From positions 1,626,185-1,690,184 of the forward strand of contig OZ245815.1 of assembly GCA_965228425.1 (NCBI GenBank): a stretch of DNA of 64,000 nt. Reading direction: 5' to 3'. This DNA is from Alphaproteobacteria bacterium (lineage in GTDB: Bacteria > Pseudomonadota > Alphaproteobacteria > UBA8366). The notes under the pieces were generated by a model. That model was not told the origin of the DNA, made no database searches, and saw only the letters and a program-made list of their open reading frames with translations. The position numbers and the translations under genes are program-made. Positions 45,207 through 55,900 of this stretch are shown piece by piece. Every line of letters starts with the position of its first letter. Within the stretch, counting starts at the first letter, position 1.

Positions 45207-46403
45207 ATGACTGATTTGTTGCCCCGGCAGATTTTCCCAGCCGGCGCCAAAATCTTTACCGAAGGGGACGAAGGTCACTTCGCTTATGCGATTGAGCAGG
45301 GCACGGTAGAGGTGTCGCAGTTGAGCAAGGGCCGGAAGGTCGTCTTGGCTCGATTGGGCGATGGCGAATTGCTGGGGGAAATGGCGTTGGTCGATGGCTC
45401 GCCGCGAAGCGCGACCGCCGTGGCCACCGAGGAAACACAGGTCATCGTGTTCGAACGCGACGACCTGCAAAATCGGGTCAACCAAGCCGATCCGCTCGTC
45501 GAACTTCTGGTGCGAATGACACTCGACCGTCTGCGGACCGCGCAACGGGTCATGCTCGACACCACCGCGCAGGCGCTTGGCAGCAAATGCCGCGCCGAAC
45601 ACGTGCGCGGCCGGCATAAACTCGAATCCGATTTGCAGACGGCCATCGATAATGACTCACTGAGTTTGCATTATCAGCCGATCGTCGATCTATCCGGCGG
45701 CCGCGTCGCCGGGTTCGAGGCGTTGGTGCGCTGGGATCATCCGGAACATGGCACCGTTGTGCCGTCCAGCTTCATCAAGTTGGCCGAAGAGACGGGCATG
45801 ATCGTCCCAATGGGGCGCTGGATGCTGCGCCGCGCCCTCGAAGGCCAGAAGCAATTGCAGGCGGTGGTCGATAGTCTCGATGGCGAATCCCGGCCGATCG
45901 GCATCAGCGTCAATATTTCCAATCGGCAACTCTTCACGAGCGCAGAGGTCGATGACCTCATGCAGATCGTCAAAGAATCCGGCGTTGCGTCGGAGAGCGT
46001 GGTTTTCGAAATCACCGAAACGCTTCTCATCGAAGATCCCGATCATGTCCTCGAAGCAATGCGGAAGTTCCAGAGTCAGGGCATTCGCATCGCCGCCGAC
46101 GATTTCGGAACCGGCTACGCCAACCTGGCATTCCTACACCGGTTCCCGTTGGACATTCTCAAGATCGACCGGATGTTCATCACCAGTATGGTCGGCGATC
46201 CGCGTAGCCGGAAGATCGTCAGCACCATCATCGACCTCGCCAAAGACCTTGGCATGTCGATCGTCGCCGAGGGCATCGAGGACAAATCGGAGATCGAGGT
46301 GCTTCAGGAACTTGGTTGTGATTGCGGTCAGGGTTTCTTGTTGGCCCGGCCGGTTCCCCAGGAAAAAGCCGAATTGCTCGTGCGCCAGCGCGTTCGTTGG
46401 TAG
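45207..46403 (+). CDS. cyclic-nucleotide-binding domain + EAL domain protein (putative cNMP-regulated c-di-GMP phosphodiesterase)
   Basis: The N-terminal cNMP fold has GELLGEMALVDGSPRSATAVA. The EAL domain carries a full catalytic motif set: EALVRW, NISNRQL, EITE, DDFGTGYANL, KIDRMF, EGIE and QGF. Confidence 0.85.
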   Translation: MTDLLPRQIFPAGAKIFTEGDEGHFAYAIEQGTVEVSQLSKGRKVVLARLGDGELLGEMALVDGSPRSATAVATEETQVIVFERDDLQNRVNQADPLVELLVRMTLDRLRTAQRVMLDTTAQALGSKCRAEHVRGRHKLESDLQTAIDNDSLSLHYQPIVDLSGGRVAGFEALVRWDHPEHGTVVPSSFIKLAEETGMIVPMGRWMLRRALEGQKQLQAVVDSLDGESRPIGISVNISNRQLFTSAEVDDLMQIVKESGVASESVVFEITETLLIEDPDHVLEAMRKFQSQGIRIAADDFGTGYANLAFLHRFPLDILKIDRMFITSMVGDPRSRKIVSTIIDLAKDLGMSIVAEGIEDKSEIEVLQELGCDCGQGFLLARPVPQEKAELLVRQRVRW

Positions 46404-46483
46404 TGGTATGGCCGCAAGGCCGCGTGCTATGAAGGGACAAACGGATCGGCGAACCGTCCGTGACCTGTCTCCGGAGCACCCCC

Positions 46484-47917
46484 ATGACCGAACCTTGCGA
46501 GCTTACTGCTGTTGAAGCGCGGCGCTTGATCGGCCGCAAACGGCTCTCTCCCATCGAATTGTTGGAATCCTGCATCGCGCGTATCGAAATGGTGAACGCG
46601 TCCGTCAATGCGGTCGTCGCCACGTGCTACGAGCGCGCGCGCGACGAAGCCCGCGCCGCGACCGACGCGGTAATGCGCGGGGACCCGTTACCGCCGCTGC
46701 ATGGACTGCCGTTGGGCGTGAAGGATCTCAATGATACGGCCGGCTTGGTCACGACCTACGGCTCGCCGATTTACGAGGACAATGTCCCGGACAAGGACGA
46801 AAGCATGGTTGCGACCCTGCGCAACGCGGGGGCTATCGTCATCGGGAAGACCAATACACCGGAGTTCGGCGCCGGTGCGAATACCAAGAATCCGGTCTAT
46901 GGCGCTACCGGAAACCCATTCGATCCGACCCGTATATGCGGCGGTTCGTCGGGCGGATCGGCGGTCGCGTTGGCGACCGATATGGTGCCCTTGTGCACCG
47001 GCTCGGATTCCGGCGGTAGCCTGCGCATTCCTGCATCCTTCTGCGGCGTTGTCGCCCATCGCAGCACGCCCGGCCTTGTGCCGACGGAAAAGCATGGGCT
47101 TGGATACACGACCTTCGGGGTGCAAGGACCGATGGCGCGCACCGTCGAGGACACGGCGATGATGTTGTCGGTGATGGCGCGGTATGACGGGCAGGATCCG
47201 CTGTCCGCGCCGGTCGACGGAGCGGCCTTTGCCGCGGTGCCCGAGGTCGATCTGAGCAAACTCCGGGTTGCGGTGTCGGAAGATCTGGGCTTCGCCCATG
47301 TGGACAACAGCATCCGGCAAACCTTCAAGGACCGGGTGGAGTTGTTCAAATCGGTTTTTGCAGAATGCAGCGTCGGCGCGCCGGACCTGAAAACGGTGCG
47401 GCGCACGAACCATGTGCTACGGGCGATGCATTTCCTGACGCGGCATCGCGATCACTTTGCGAACAAACGCGATCAGTTGGGGCCGAACGTGATCGCCAAC
47501 TATGAAATGGCGCTGCAGTTGAGCGGCGAAGATGCTACCTGGGCACTGGCGGAGCAGACCAAGATTTTCCGCGCGACCCAGCGTTTCTTCGACGACGTCG
47601 ATATCCTGATTTGCCCGGCCGTTGCGATCCCTCCCTTCCCTGTGGAACAGCCCTATTGCGACGAGGTCAACGGCGTCAAACTCGATAACTATTTCGAGTG
47701 GCTGGGGATGACCTGGGGGCTGACGATTCCCGGTAATCCGGTCACGGCATTGCCGTGTGGCCTGGAGCCGAGTGGCGCGCCCTTCGGCATTCAGATTTGC
47801 GGCAAGCATTACGATGACCGCTTCGTGCTGGGCGTTGCGAAGGCATTGGAAGCGTTGTTCGCGGAAAACGCCGACCTCGCCCGGCCGCTACCGGACATCA
47901 AGGCGCTGGCGGCCTAG
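46484..47917 (+). CDS. amidase (amidase-signature family)
   Basis: GKTNTPEFG (Lys), GGSSGGSAVALA and GSDSGGSLRIPA (Ser-cisSer). ATG 46484; track start GTG 46460. Confidence 0.85.
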   Translation: MTEPCELTAVEARRLIGRKRLSPIELLESCIARIEMVNASVNAVVATCYERARDEARAATDAVMRGDPLPPLHGLPLGVKDLNDTAGLVTTYGSPIYEDNVPDKDESMVATLRNAGAIVIGKTNTPEFGAGANTKNPVYGATGNPFDPTRICGGSSGGSAVALATDMVPLCTGSDSGGSLRIPASFCGVVAHRSTPGLVPTEKHGLGYTTFGVQGPMARTVEDTAMMLSVMARYDGQDPLSAPVDGAAFAAVPEVDLSKLRVAVSEDLGFAHVDNSIRQTFKDRVELFKSVFAECSVGAPDLKTVRRTNHVLRAMHFLTRHRDHFANKRDQLGPNVIANYEMALQLSGEDATWALAEQTKIFRATQRFFDDVDILICPAVAIPPFPVEQPYCDEVNGVKLDNYFEWLGMTWGLTIPGNPVTALPCGLEPSGAPFGIQICGKHYDDRFVLGVAKALEALFAENADLARPLPDIKALAA

Positions 47918-47929
47918 TTACTCGGCCGC
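47909..47929. other. 6-bp GC stem (GCGGCC/GGCCGC) whose 9-nt loop contains the stop codons of both convergent genes (amidase TAG 47915-47917, GntR TAA complement 47918-47920)
   Basis: Read directly from the sequence. It has no U-tract on either side. Confidence 0.25.
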
Positions 47930-48631
47930 GGCCGACCCGGCGGCATCGTCCTCGCGCAGCGCCTGTTTGACGGTCTCGCAGGTCTTGCGCAGATGGTTCT
48001 TTAGGATCGTGCCGAGCGCTTCACCGTTGCGGGATTCGAGCGCGGTGAGAATTTTCTCATGTTCCTCAATCGCTTCGGCCCATCGTGTTTTCGAGATGTT
48101 GGCAATATAACGGGCGCGGCGGATTCGCCCGGTAAGGCCGCCGTAGACGTTCATGAGCGTCCGGTTGCCGGCGATCTCGAAGATCTTGCCGTGAATTTCC
48201 TGGTTCAGCCGAAAATAGGGCATCAATTCGCTCCGCGTATAGTGAAGCGCCATTTGATAGTGCAAGGCTTTGACCTCGGCCAATTGCTCGACGGTGATGT
48301 GTTTGGCGGCAAGTTCCCCGGCCAGCGCTTCAAGCGTGCCCATGACTTCGAACATCTCTTCCACGTCGGCTTCGGTAAGCTGCAGTACACGGGCGCCGCG
48401 GTTAGGCGCCAGTTCGATCAACCCTTCGGACGCAAGGACCTTTAGCGCCTCGCGCAACGGTGTTCGGGAGACGCCGAACCGCTCGCACAGCACCCGCTCC
48501 GCGATGTGCGATCCGGGCGCGAGCTCACCTTCGACGATCAGATCGCGGATACCGGAGACCACATCGTCGTAGCGCGGCTTTCCTGTCGCTTTCGCTGTTT
48601 CGTCGCCGGTGTCAGTCACGCGGTTCCTCAT
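47918..48631 (-). CDS. GntR-family (FadR/FCD subfamily) transcriptional regulator
   Basis: The winged HTH reads ERVLCERFGVSRTPLREALKVLASEGLIE, followed by a C-terminal all-helical FCD-like domain. ATG 48631 lies 7 nt downstream of the preceding oxidase gene stop, so it is probably co-transcribed. Confidence 0.8.
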   Translation of the reverse strand: MRNRVTDTGDETAKATGKPRYDDVVSGIRDLIVEGELAPGSHIAERVLCERFGVSRTPLREALKVLASEGLIELAPNRGARVLQLTEADVEEMFEVMGTLEALAGELAAKHITVEQLAEVKALHYQMALHYTRSELMPYFRLNQEIHGKIFEIAGNRTLMNVYGGLTGRIRRARYIANISKTRWAEAIEEHEKILTALESRNGEALGTILKNHLRKTCETVKQALREDDAAGSAAAE

Positions 48632-48638
48632 CTTCTTT

Positions 48639-51563
48639 CTAAGGCAACGCCGCTTCGAGGACGCGCGCAACATGGATGGCATGTCGGTCCGCGCCGTCGG
48701 CGATTTGATGCCGGCAGCTCGTGCCGTCCGCGACCAACAGGCTCCGGTCCGATGTTTCGCGCACCGCCGGCAGTAGCGATAGCTCCGCCATCTTCATGGA
48801 GATATCGTAATTTTCCGCGTCGTATCCGAAGGCACCGGCCATGCCGCAGCAGCTTGACGGGATCGTTCGAACGTCCAAATCGGGAACCATCCGCAACACC
48901 GTTTCCACCGCGCCCATGGCGGCGAATGCTTTCTGATGGCAGTGCCCGTGCAGCACGGCTTCCTTCGTATCCAGTGGTTTCAAGGGAAGAGTCAGGTCGT
49001 TCTGCGCGGCACGTTCGGCAAGGAATTCTTCCAGCAGCTTGGCTTGGCCGGCGAGCGCATCGGTTTCGTCACCGGGCAGCATCGCGGTGAATTCGTCCCG
49101 CAGCGTAAACAGGCAGGACGGTTCGAGCCCGACCACTGGTATGCCTTTCTCGATGAACGGCTGCAGCGCCTTCAACGTGCGCTGTGCCTCGCGTTTCGCT
49201 TCATCGACGAGGCCAACCGAGAGGAAAGTCCGCCCGCAGCATAGGGGCCGGTCGCCGTCATCAGCTTTCGGCGTATGGACGGTATAGCCGGCCGCTTCCA
49301 ACACCCGCAATGCGGCGCGCGCGTTCTCCGGCTCGAAATACGTATTGAACGTGTCGGCAAGTAGGACGACGTCTTTGCCGTCCCCCGATACCCTTGCGGA
49401 CCCGGCGGGGCGGAAATAATCCCGCCGCCACCGTGGCAGCGTGCGCTTGGAGCTGAACCCGGCGATCTTCTCCGACAGCCAGGCCAAGCCGGGAACTTGG
49501 TCGCGCAGGTTCGCAAGACCGCTCAGCCGGGCCGCCCACGGCGCGTACCGCGGCAGATAGCCGACGAGGCGGTCTTGCAACGACAGGCCGTTCTTCCGCC
49601 GGTAATGGTGTAGGAACTCGATCTTCATGCGCGACATGTCCACGCCGGTCGGGCATTCGCGCTTGCAGCCCTTGCAGCCGACGCACAGCTTCATGGTGTC
49701 GTGCATCGCATCCGACGTGAAAGCGTCGTCGCCGAGCTGACCGGACAAGGCGAGGCGCAGCGTGTTCGCGCGCCCACGGGTTAGGTGTTGTTCCTCGCCG
49801 GTCGCGCGGAAGGAGGGGCACATGACATTGGCGTCGAACTTCCGGCACGCGCCGTTGTTGTTGCACATCTCCACCGCGCCGCCGAGGCCGCCCCAGTCCG
49901 ACCAATCCAGCGCCGTGTCGAGCGGTTGGACCTTGTAGCCGGGCTTGAACCGGAACAGCGACCGGTCGTCCATTTTCGGCGGCCGCACGATCTTGCCGGG
50001 ATTCAAAAGACCCTTGGGATCGAACAGGTCCTTCACTTCCTCGAAGGACCGGGTCATGCGCGGCCCGAACATCGCCTCGTGAAATTCCGAGCGCACGAGA
50101 CCGTCGCCATGCTCGCCCGAATGGGAGCCCTTGTATTCGCGTACCATCGCGAAGGCTTCCTCGGCGATGGCGCGCATTTTCTTGGCGCCTTCCTCTTCCT
50201 TCAGGTTTACGATCGGCCGGACATGCAGGCATCCGACCGAGGCATGCGCATACCAGGTGCCCTTGGTGCCGTATTTCTCGAACACCCGCGTAAGGCGGTC
50301 GGTGTATTCGGCTAGGTCCTCCAGCGGGACGGCGCAATCCTCGATAAAGGAAATCGGTTTTCCGTCGCCCTTCATCGACATCATGATGTTGAGACCGGAT
50401 TTCCGGACTTCCCAGAACTCGCGTTGGTCAGCACCGGAAACGGCCTTCACCACCGCATTGGGGAAACCCATGTCGCCCATCAACTCGTCGAGCTGTTGCA
50501 GTTTGACGAGTTGTTCCTCCTCGCTGTCGCCGGCGAATTCCACCAGCAACAGGGCATCGGGTTCGCCCTGCACGAAGCGTTCGATGGTCGGGCGAAAAAT
50601 CGGTATTTGCCGCGCCAAATCCATCATCGTCCGGTCGACGAGTTCGACCGCGGTCGGACCCAACTTGACGATATGCTGCGTCGACTCCATCGCTTTGTAA
50701 AAGGTCGGGAAGTGACAGATACCCAATACCTTATGACTCGGCAGCCGGTGGAGTTTTAAGTCGATGGCGGTCGAAAAGGCGAGGGTGCCTTCGGAGCCGA
50801 CCAGAAGATGCGCGAGATTGACGTCCGAGGCACCCGGCCGGTTCGAATGACCTGGGACCAGGGCGTCGATGTTGTAGCCGCCGACCCGCCGCATCAGGGG
50901 CGGGAACTTGTCGCGAATTTCATCGGCCTCGCGCGTACCCAGGTCGACCAGTTTTTTACTGAGTTGACGAAACTCCGCGGATTCTTCCGGCGCTTCCACA
51001 TCAATCTTAAGAGCGCCGAAATGATGGCTGCTGCCGTCGGCCAGGATCGCATCGATGCCGTGGACGTTGTCGCGCATCGTGCCGTACTCGATCGATCGCG
51101 CGCCGCAACTGTTGTTGCCGGTCATGCCGCCGATGGTCGCCCGGCTCGACGTCGACACATCGACCATGAACATCAGGCCATGACGGTTGAGGACGCCGTT
51201 AAGCTGATCGAGCGCCACGCCCGGCTGGACGGTGATCCGTTCGGCGCCAGGATCGAACTCCACAATATTGTTGAGATGTTTGCTGACGTCGATGACCAGC
51301 GCCTCGCCGACGGTCTGCCCGCATTGGGACGTGCCGCCGCCCCGCGGCAGGACGGGGATGCCCCGGTCCGAGGCGATCTCGATCGACCGTCGGATATCCG
51401 CTTCCGACTTGGGCACCACCACGCCGATCGGTTCGATCTGGTAGTGCGACGCATCGGTGCTGTACCGGCCGCGGCTGAACGCGTCGAACAGGACCTCGCC
51501 TTCGATTTCCCGGCGCAAGGTTGCGGCGAGGGCGCTGTCGCCGATATGCGGACTCTTGCTCAT
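48639..51563 (-). CDS. fused FAD-linked oxidase (GlcD-like) + Fe-S/CCG-domain (GlcF-like) oxidoreductase, YdiJ-like 2-hydroxyacid dehydrogenase
   Basis: The N-terminus is FAD_binding_4 (PRGGGTSQCGQTVG). The middle holds CVGCKGCKRECP, a 4Fe-4S motif. The C-terminus has CCG repeats (SCCGMAGAFG). About 974 aa, the same architecture as E. coli YdiJ. ATG 51563. Confidence 0.8.
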   Translation of the reverse strand: MSKSPHIGDSALAATLRREIEGEVLFDAFSRGRYSTDASHYQIEPIGVVVPKSEADIRRSIEIASDRGIPVLPRGGGTSQCGQTVGEALVIDVSKHLNNIVEFDPGAERITVQPGVALDQLNGVLNRHGLMFMVDVSTSSRATIGGMTGNNSCGARSIEYGTMRDNVHGIDAILADGSSHHFGALKIDVEAPEESAEFRQLSKKLVDLGTREADEIRDKFPPLMRRVGGYNIDALVPGHSNRPGASDVNLAHLLVGSEGTLAFSTAIDLKLHRLPSHKVLGICHFPTFYKAMESTQHIVKLGPTAVELVDRTMMDLARQIPIFRPTIERFVQGEPDALLLVEFAGDSEEEQLVKLQQLDELMGDMGFPNAVVKAVSGADQREFWEVRKSGLNIMMSMKGDGKPISFIEDCAVPLEDLAEYTDRLTRVFEKYGTKGTWYAHASVGCLHVRPIVNLKEEEGAKKMRAIAEEAFAMVREYKGSHSGEHGDGLVRSEFHEAMFGPRMTRSFEEVKDLFDPKGLLNPGKIVRPPKMDDRSLFRFKPGYKVQPLDTALDWSDWGGLGGAVEMCNNNGACRKFDANVMCPSFRATGEEQHLTRGRANTLRLALSGQLGDDAFTSDAMHDTMKLCVGCKGCKRECPTGVDMSRMKIEFLHHYRRKNGLSLQDRLVGYLPRYAPWAARLSGLANLRDQVPGLAWLSEKIAGFSSKRTLPRWRRDYFRPAGSARVSGDGKDVVLLADTFNTYFEPENARAALRVLEAAGYTVHTPKADDGDRPLCCGRTFLSVGLVDEAKREAQRTLKALQPFIEKGIPVVGLEPSCLFTLRDEFTAMLPGDETDALAGQAKLLEEFLAERAAQNDLTLPLKPLDTKEAVLHGHCHQKAFAAMGAVETVLRMVPDLDVRTIPSSCCGMAGAFGYDAENYDISMKMAELSLLPAVRETSDRSLLVADGTSCRHQIADGADRHAIHVARVLEAALP

Positions 51564-51593
51564 CGAACTCTCTGATTGCACTTGGAATTCGCT

Positions 51594-51621
51594 AAAATAC
51601 CATTTTGCATGCAGAATGCAA
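51594..51621 (-). promoter_or_regulatory. candidate promoter TTGCAT-16 nt-TATTTT for the FAD/FeS oxidase-GntR operon
   Basis: On the minus strand, -35 is at 51621-51616 and -10 at 51599-51594. AT-rich divergent spacer. Confidence 0.3.
51605..51621. promoter_or_regulatory. inverted repeat TTGCAT-GCAGA-ATGCAA (candidate operator O1)
   Basis: Read directly from the sequence. It overlaps the putative -35 of the minus-strand oxidase/GntR operon promoter. Confidence 0.4.
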
Positions 51622-51680
51622 CACGAGAGTTTAGAGTGAAACTTCATAAATAATTGAAAATCCTTATAGAAAAAAATGAT

Positions 51681-51709
51681 TTGGAATTATGTTACTCCGT
51701 CCGTATAAA
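51681..51709 (+). promoter_or_regulatory. sigma-70-like promoter TTGGAA-17 nt-TATAAA for the class V aminotransferase gene
   Basis: -35 at 51681-51686 and -10 at 51704-51709, with a 17-nt spacer, about 30 nt upstream of ATG 51738. Confidence 0.4.
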
Positions 51710-51722
51710 TTGCATGCAATTT
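51707..51722. promoter_or_regulatory. perfect 16-bp palindrome AAATTGCATGCAATTT (candidate GntR-type operator O2)
   Basis: Read directly from the sequence. It overlaps the putative -10 and transcription start of the aminotransferase promoter and shares the core TTGCATGCA with the element at 51605-51621. Confidence 0.45.
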
Positions 51723-51737
51723 TTGGAGTGTATGACG

Positions 51738-52928
51738 ATGCCTCATCGAAGCGGCCGGCATTTCCTGCAGATTCCGGGTCCCACAAATGTGCCGGATCGG
51801 ATTTTGCGCGCCATAGACCATCCGACCATCGACCATCGCGGCCCCGAGTTCGGGCGGCTGGGGGCCGAGGTCTTGGAAGGTATGAAAGGAATCTTCAAGA
51901 CGGACAGCGAGGTGTTTATCTTCCCGTCGTCCGGTACCGGTGCCTGGGAAGCCGCACTGGTCAACACGCTTTCGGTGGGCGATCGCGTGTTGATGTATGA
52001 GACGGGTCAATTCGCGACCTTATGGGAAGAACTCGCCGAACGCCTTCAACTCGATCCTGTCTTCATCAAGGGTGATTGGCGGCACGGCGTCGATCCCGAT
52101 GCCTTGGAGAGTCGGCTTACCGAAGACAAGGATCACGCGATCAAGGCGGTGTGCGTCGTCCACAACGAGACGTCGACCGGCACGGCATCGCGGATCGTGG
52201 AAGTCCGAAAGGCGATCGATAACGCCAATCATCCCGCGCTCTTGATGGTCGATACGATCTCGTCTTTGGGTTCAATCGATGTTCGGCATGACGAGTGGGG
52301 GGCCGACGTCACGATTGGCGGCTCGCAGAAGGGTCTGATGCTGCCGCCGGGTTTGGGTTTCAACGCGGTCAGCGAAAAGGCGCGCCGCGCGGCCGAGACC
52401 TCGACCATCGCGAAGTCCTATTGGTCGTGGGATGCAATGCGCGGCCCCAACGCAACGGGTTACTTTCCCACCACGCCGGCGACAAATCTGTTCTACGGAC
52501 TCAAGGAAGCGATCGACATGCTGAACGAAGAAGGGCTGGACAATGTCTTTGCCCGGCATGATCGGTTCGCCGAGGCGACGCGCCGCGCCGTGCGGGGGTG
52601 GGGGTTGGAAATTCTCTGCCAGGACGAGCGGGAGTATTCGAGCGCGCTGACGGCCGTGTTGATGCCGGACGGGCATGACGCGGATGCATTCCGCAAGGTC
52701 GTGCTGGAGAATTTCGACATGTCCCTCGGCAATGGGCTCGGCAAGGTAGCCGGCAAGGTTTTCCGGATCGGCCATCTTGGCGACTTCAACGAATTGATGC
52801 TGGCCGGCACGTTGTGCGGCGTCGAAATGGGACTAGGATTGGCTGGTGTGCCGCATGAGAAGAAGGGTGTCGCCGCGGCGCTCGACTATCTCGCGCATGG
52901 CGGCAACGCGGCGCCGTCATCGAGCTGA
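51738..52928 (+). CDS. class V aminotransferase (serine/alanine--glyoxylate aminotransferase family)
   Basis: GRHFLQIPGPTNVPDRILRA and GGSQKGLMLPPGLGF (PLP lysine). GGAG lies 9 nt before ATG 51738. Confidence 0.85.
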   Translation: MPHRSGRHFLQIPGPTNVPDRILRAIDHPTIDHRGPEFGRLGAEVLEGMKGIFKTDSEVFIFPSSGTGAWEAALVNTLSVGDRVLMYETGQFATLWEELAERLQLDPVFIKGDWRHGVDPDALESRLTEDKDHAIKAVCVVHNETSTGTASRIVEVRKAIDNANHPALLMVDTISSLGSIDVRHDEWGADVTIGGSQKGLMLPPGLGFNAVSEKARRAAETSTIAKSYWSWDAMRGPNATGYFPTTPATNLFYGLKEAIDMLNEEGLDNVFARHDRFAEATRRAVRGWGLEILCQDEREYSSALTAVLMPDGHDADAFRKVVLENFDMSLGNGLGKVAGKVFRIGHLGDFNELMLAGTLCGVEMGLGLAGVPHEKKGVAAALDYLAHGGNAAPSSS

Positions 52929-52929
52929 C

Positions 52930-55900
52930 CTAGTCCGCGGAAACGGCTTCGCGGGCGGTATCCGAAACCAGCGAGTCGACCAGGGATTGGACTCCCACAT
53001 AGTCGATCTTGCCGGTGCCGAGCAGCGGTACGGCATCGGTGACATGGACCGATTTCGGCACCATCAGCTCGGCGATGCCTTTCGCCTGAGCATCCTTCAG
53101 TAAATCGTCGCGGGTAGCGTCCGGGTTATCGGTAATCAGGACCAACGCCTCGCCCTTCCGCTCGTCCGGTATGCTGACCACCGCATGCTGGTATTCGGGC
53201 CACAGGTCGGCGGCATGGCTTTCCGCGGCGGTGAGCGACACCATCTCGCCCGCAATCTTTGCGAAGCGCTTCGCCCGGCCGGCGATGGTGACGAACCCTT
53301 CCAGATCGATTTCCACGATATCGCCCGTGTCGTACCAGCCGTTCGCGGGCGGTTCGATAACCCCCGGTGCTTCGGCTCGCAGATATCCCAGCATGATGTT
53401 GGGGCCGGAGACCATCAATCGTCCGCCTTTTTCAATCCCGGGCACGTCTTCCAACTTGCAGCGGATACCCGGCAGGAATCGCCCGACGGTGCCGGCGCGG
53501 TAATGCATCGGCGTGTTGGTGGCGAGCACCGGCGAGGTTTCAGTCGCGCCATATCCTTCGAAAATGCGGATGCCGAATTTCTGGGACCAGATTTGCCGCG
53601 TCTCGTCTTTGACTTTCTCGGCGCCGGCAAAGATGTAGCGGACGCTGTAGAAGTCGTAGGAATGTGCCATGCGGGCGTAGCCGGTCAGGAAGGTGTCGGT
53701 CCCGAACATGATCGTCGCATTCGTGTCGTACACGAGTTCGGGCACGATCCGGTAATGAAGCGGCGACGGATATAGGAAAGTCTTGATGCCAGAGAGAACC
53801 GGCAAGAGCATCCCTCCCGTCATGCCGAAGGAATGGAACACCGGCAAGGCGTTGAACACGATGTCCGTCGGGTTGAAATCTACCTTCGCGCCGAGTTGGT
53901 GCAGGTTCGACAGAAGATTGCGATGACTGAGAACCACGCCCTTCGGCGTGCCTTCGGATCCGGAGGTGAACAGCACCACGGCAGGATCGTCGGCGGTCGC
54001 CTCGCGCCGACGATGGATGGCGCGTGCAAAGGGAGCGCTCACGGCTCCCGACAACTTATCGAACAGGCCCAGCGATTTCTGCAGGTCCTCGAGATAAACG
54101 ATCGTCGCGTATTCGGACAACTCCGAGATCGCGTCGGTCAGCTTGGCGACGCGTACGAACAGCCGCGACGTGATGATCGTATCGATCTCCGCGGTCTTGC
54201 AGGCGGACACCATGTTGCCGATGCCGGTCGAGTAATTCAGCATCGCCGGCACACGGCCGTAGGCTTGCAGTGCGAAGAATGTAACCGCCGCCCCCGACGA
54301 ATTGGGAAGCAGCACGCCGACGAAATCGCCACGCGTCGTTTGCTTGGCGAAGCGGCGTCCCAATACCAAGCTGCCGGTAACGATACGGCCGTAGCTTAGC
54401 GGACGGCGCTGGATATCCTCGACGACGGCATGGTTGCGGCCATGTGCGCGCCGCCCATCGAGTAGCGCATCGAACAGGGATTTGTCCGTGTCGCAGGTCG
54501 CGAAGATCATTTCGGACATCACGTCGTGTAGCCGGGTGCCCGCCAAGTGGCGGCGGGCGCGGCCCTTGATGTCGTCCGGAATATCGAAATCGCGCGGTTC
54601 CAGGACCGTGATGGTGATCTTCGGGAAGAGCCGGCTTCGCACCTTGTCGCGGATGCGGGAGAAGGGCGTGAATTGCGCGCCATCCAGCCGGATCGGCACG
54701 ATCGGGGCGCCCGCCTTGTCGGCGATCATGCCTGGCCCCTCATAGACCTTCATCAAGGAACCGGTCACGGTGATCCGTCCCTCGGGAAATATCACGCAGC
54801 GTTTGCCCGATTGCACCGCCTTGATCAGCGACTTGGCGGCCATCGGCTTGGTCGGGTCCATCGGAAATGCATCGATCATTGCAAGGAAGGGCTTGGCCCA
54901 CCATTGCTTTGCGATATGCGTATTGACGGCGAAGGTGGCCGTGCCCGGCAGGAAGGCAGCCAACAAAATGCCGTCGAGGAAGGACACGTGATTGACCACG
55001 ATGACGGCCCGGTCGCCGGCGGCTTTGTAGTGGTCCAGGCCCTTGACCTCCACGCGGTAGAGAAGGCGCAGGATCGACGCGGCGAAGACCTTCACCATTT
55101 CATGCGGAAGCAGGCCGCAGATATAGACCGCGACCACCATGGTGACGCAGGCAACGGCGAGGAATATCTGCGGGATCGTGAAGCTGGACAACAACATCGC
55201 GGAGGCGGCGACCGCGCCGACGACCATGAACAACGCGTTGAGGATGTTGTTGGCCGCGATGGTGCGGGAGCGGTGGCTCGGATCGCCCCGGGTCTGCATG
55301 ATCGTGTAAAGCGGCACGATGTACACGCCGCCGCTGATGGCGATCAGCAGCAGATCTACGACGATCCGCCAATTCGCCGGATGGGCGAGAAATCCCGTCA
55401 GGCTCGCGAGATCACCGGTCGCCGCGACGCCCGCCCGGCTGGCGAAATAAAGATCGAACGAGAAGATCGCCATGCCGATCGCACCGAAGGGCACGAACCG
55501 TGCGCTGATCTCCCCTTTGAGAAGCTTGTTACAGAGCAGAGAGCCGATGCCGATGCCGATCGAAAAAAGCGTCATGAACAGGGTCACGACTTGCTCATTG
55601 GCGTACAGGTAGTCGCGCGTGAACGGCGACAACTGCGTGAGGTAAGTGGCGCCGAATAGCCAGAACCACGAAATGCCGAGGATCGAGAGCCGGATGTCCC
55701 GGCGCTCGAAGGCGTATTTCATGGTCGCCCAGGTCTCGGCCGCGACATTCGGGTTGATCTTCAATGCCGGCGCCGGCGGCGGTGCGCTCGGGATCGCGAA
55801 GGCGGTGATCAGCCCGACCGTTGCGAGGACCACGACGGTTACCGATACGATCAAACCGCCATGCTCCGGCAGGATCAGAAGGCCGCCGGCGATTGTGCCG

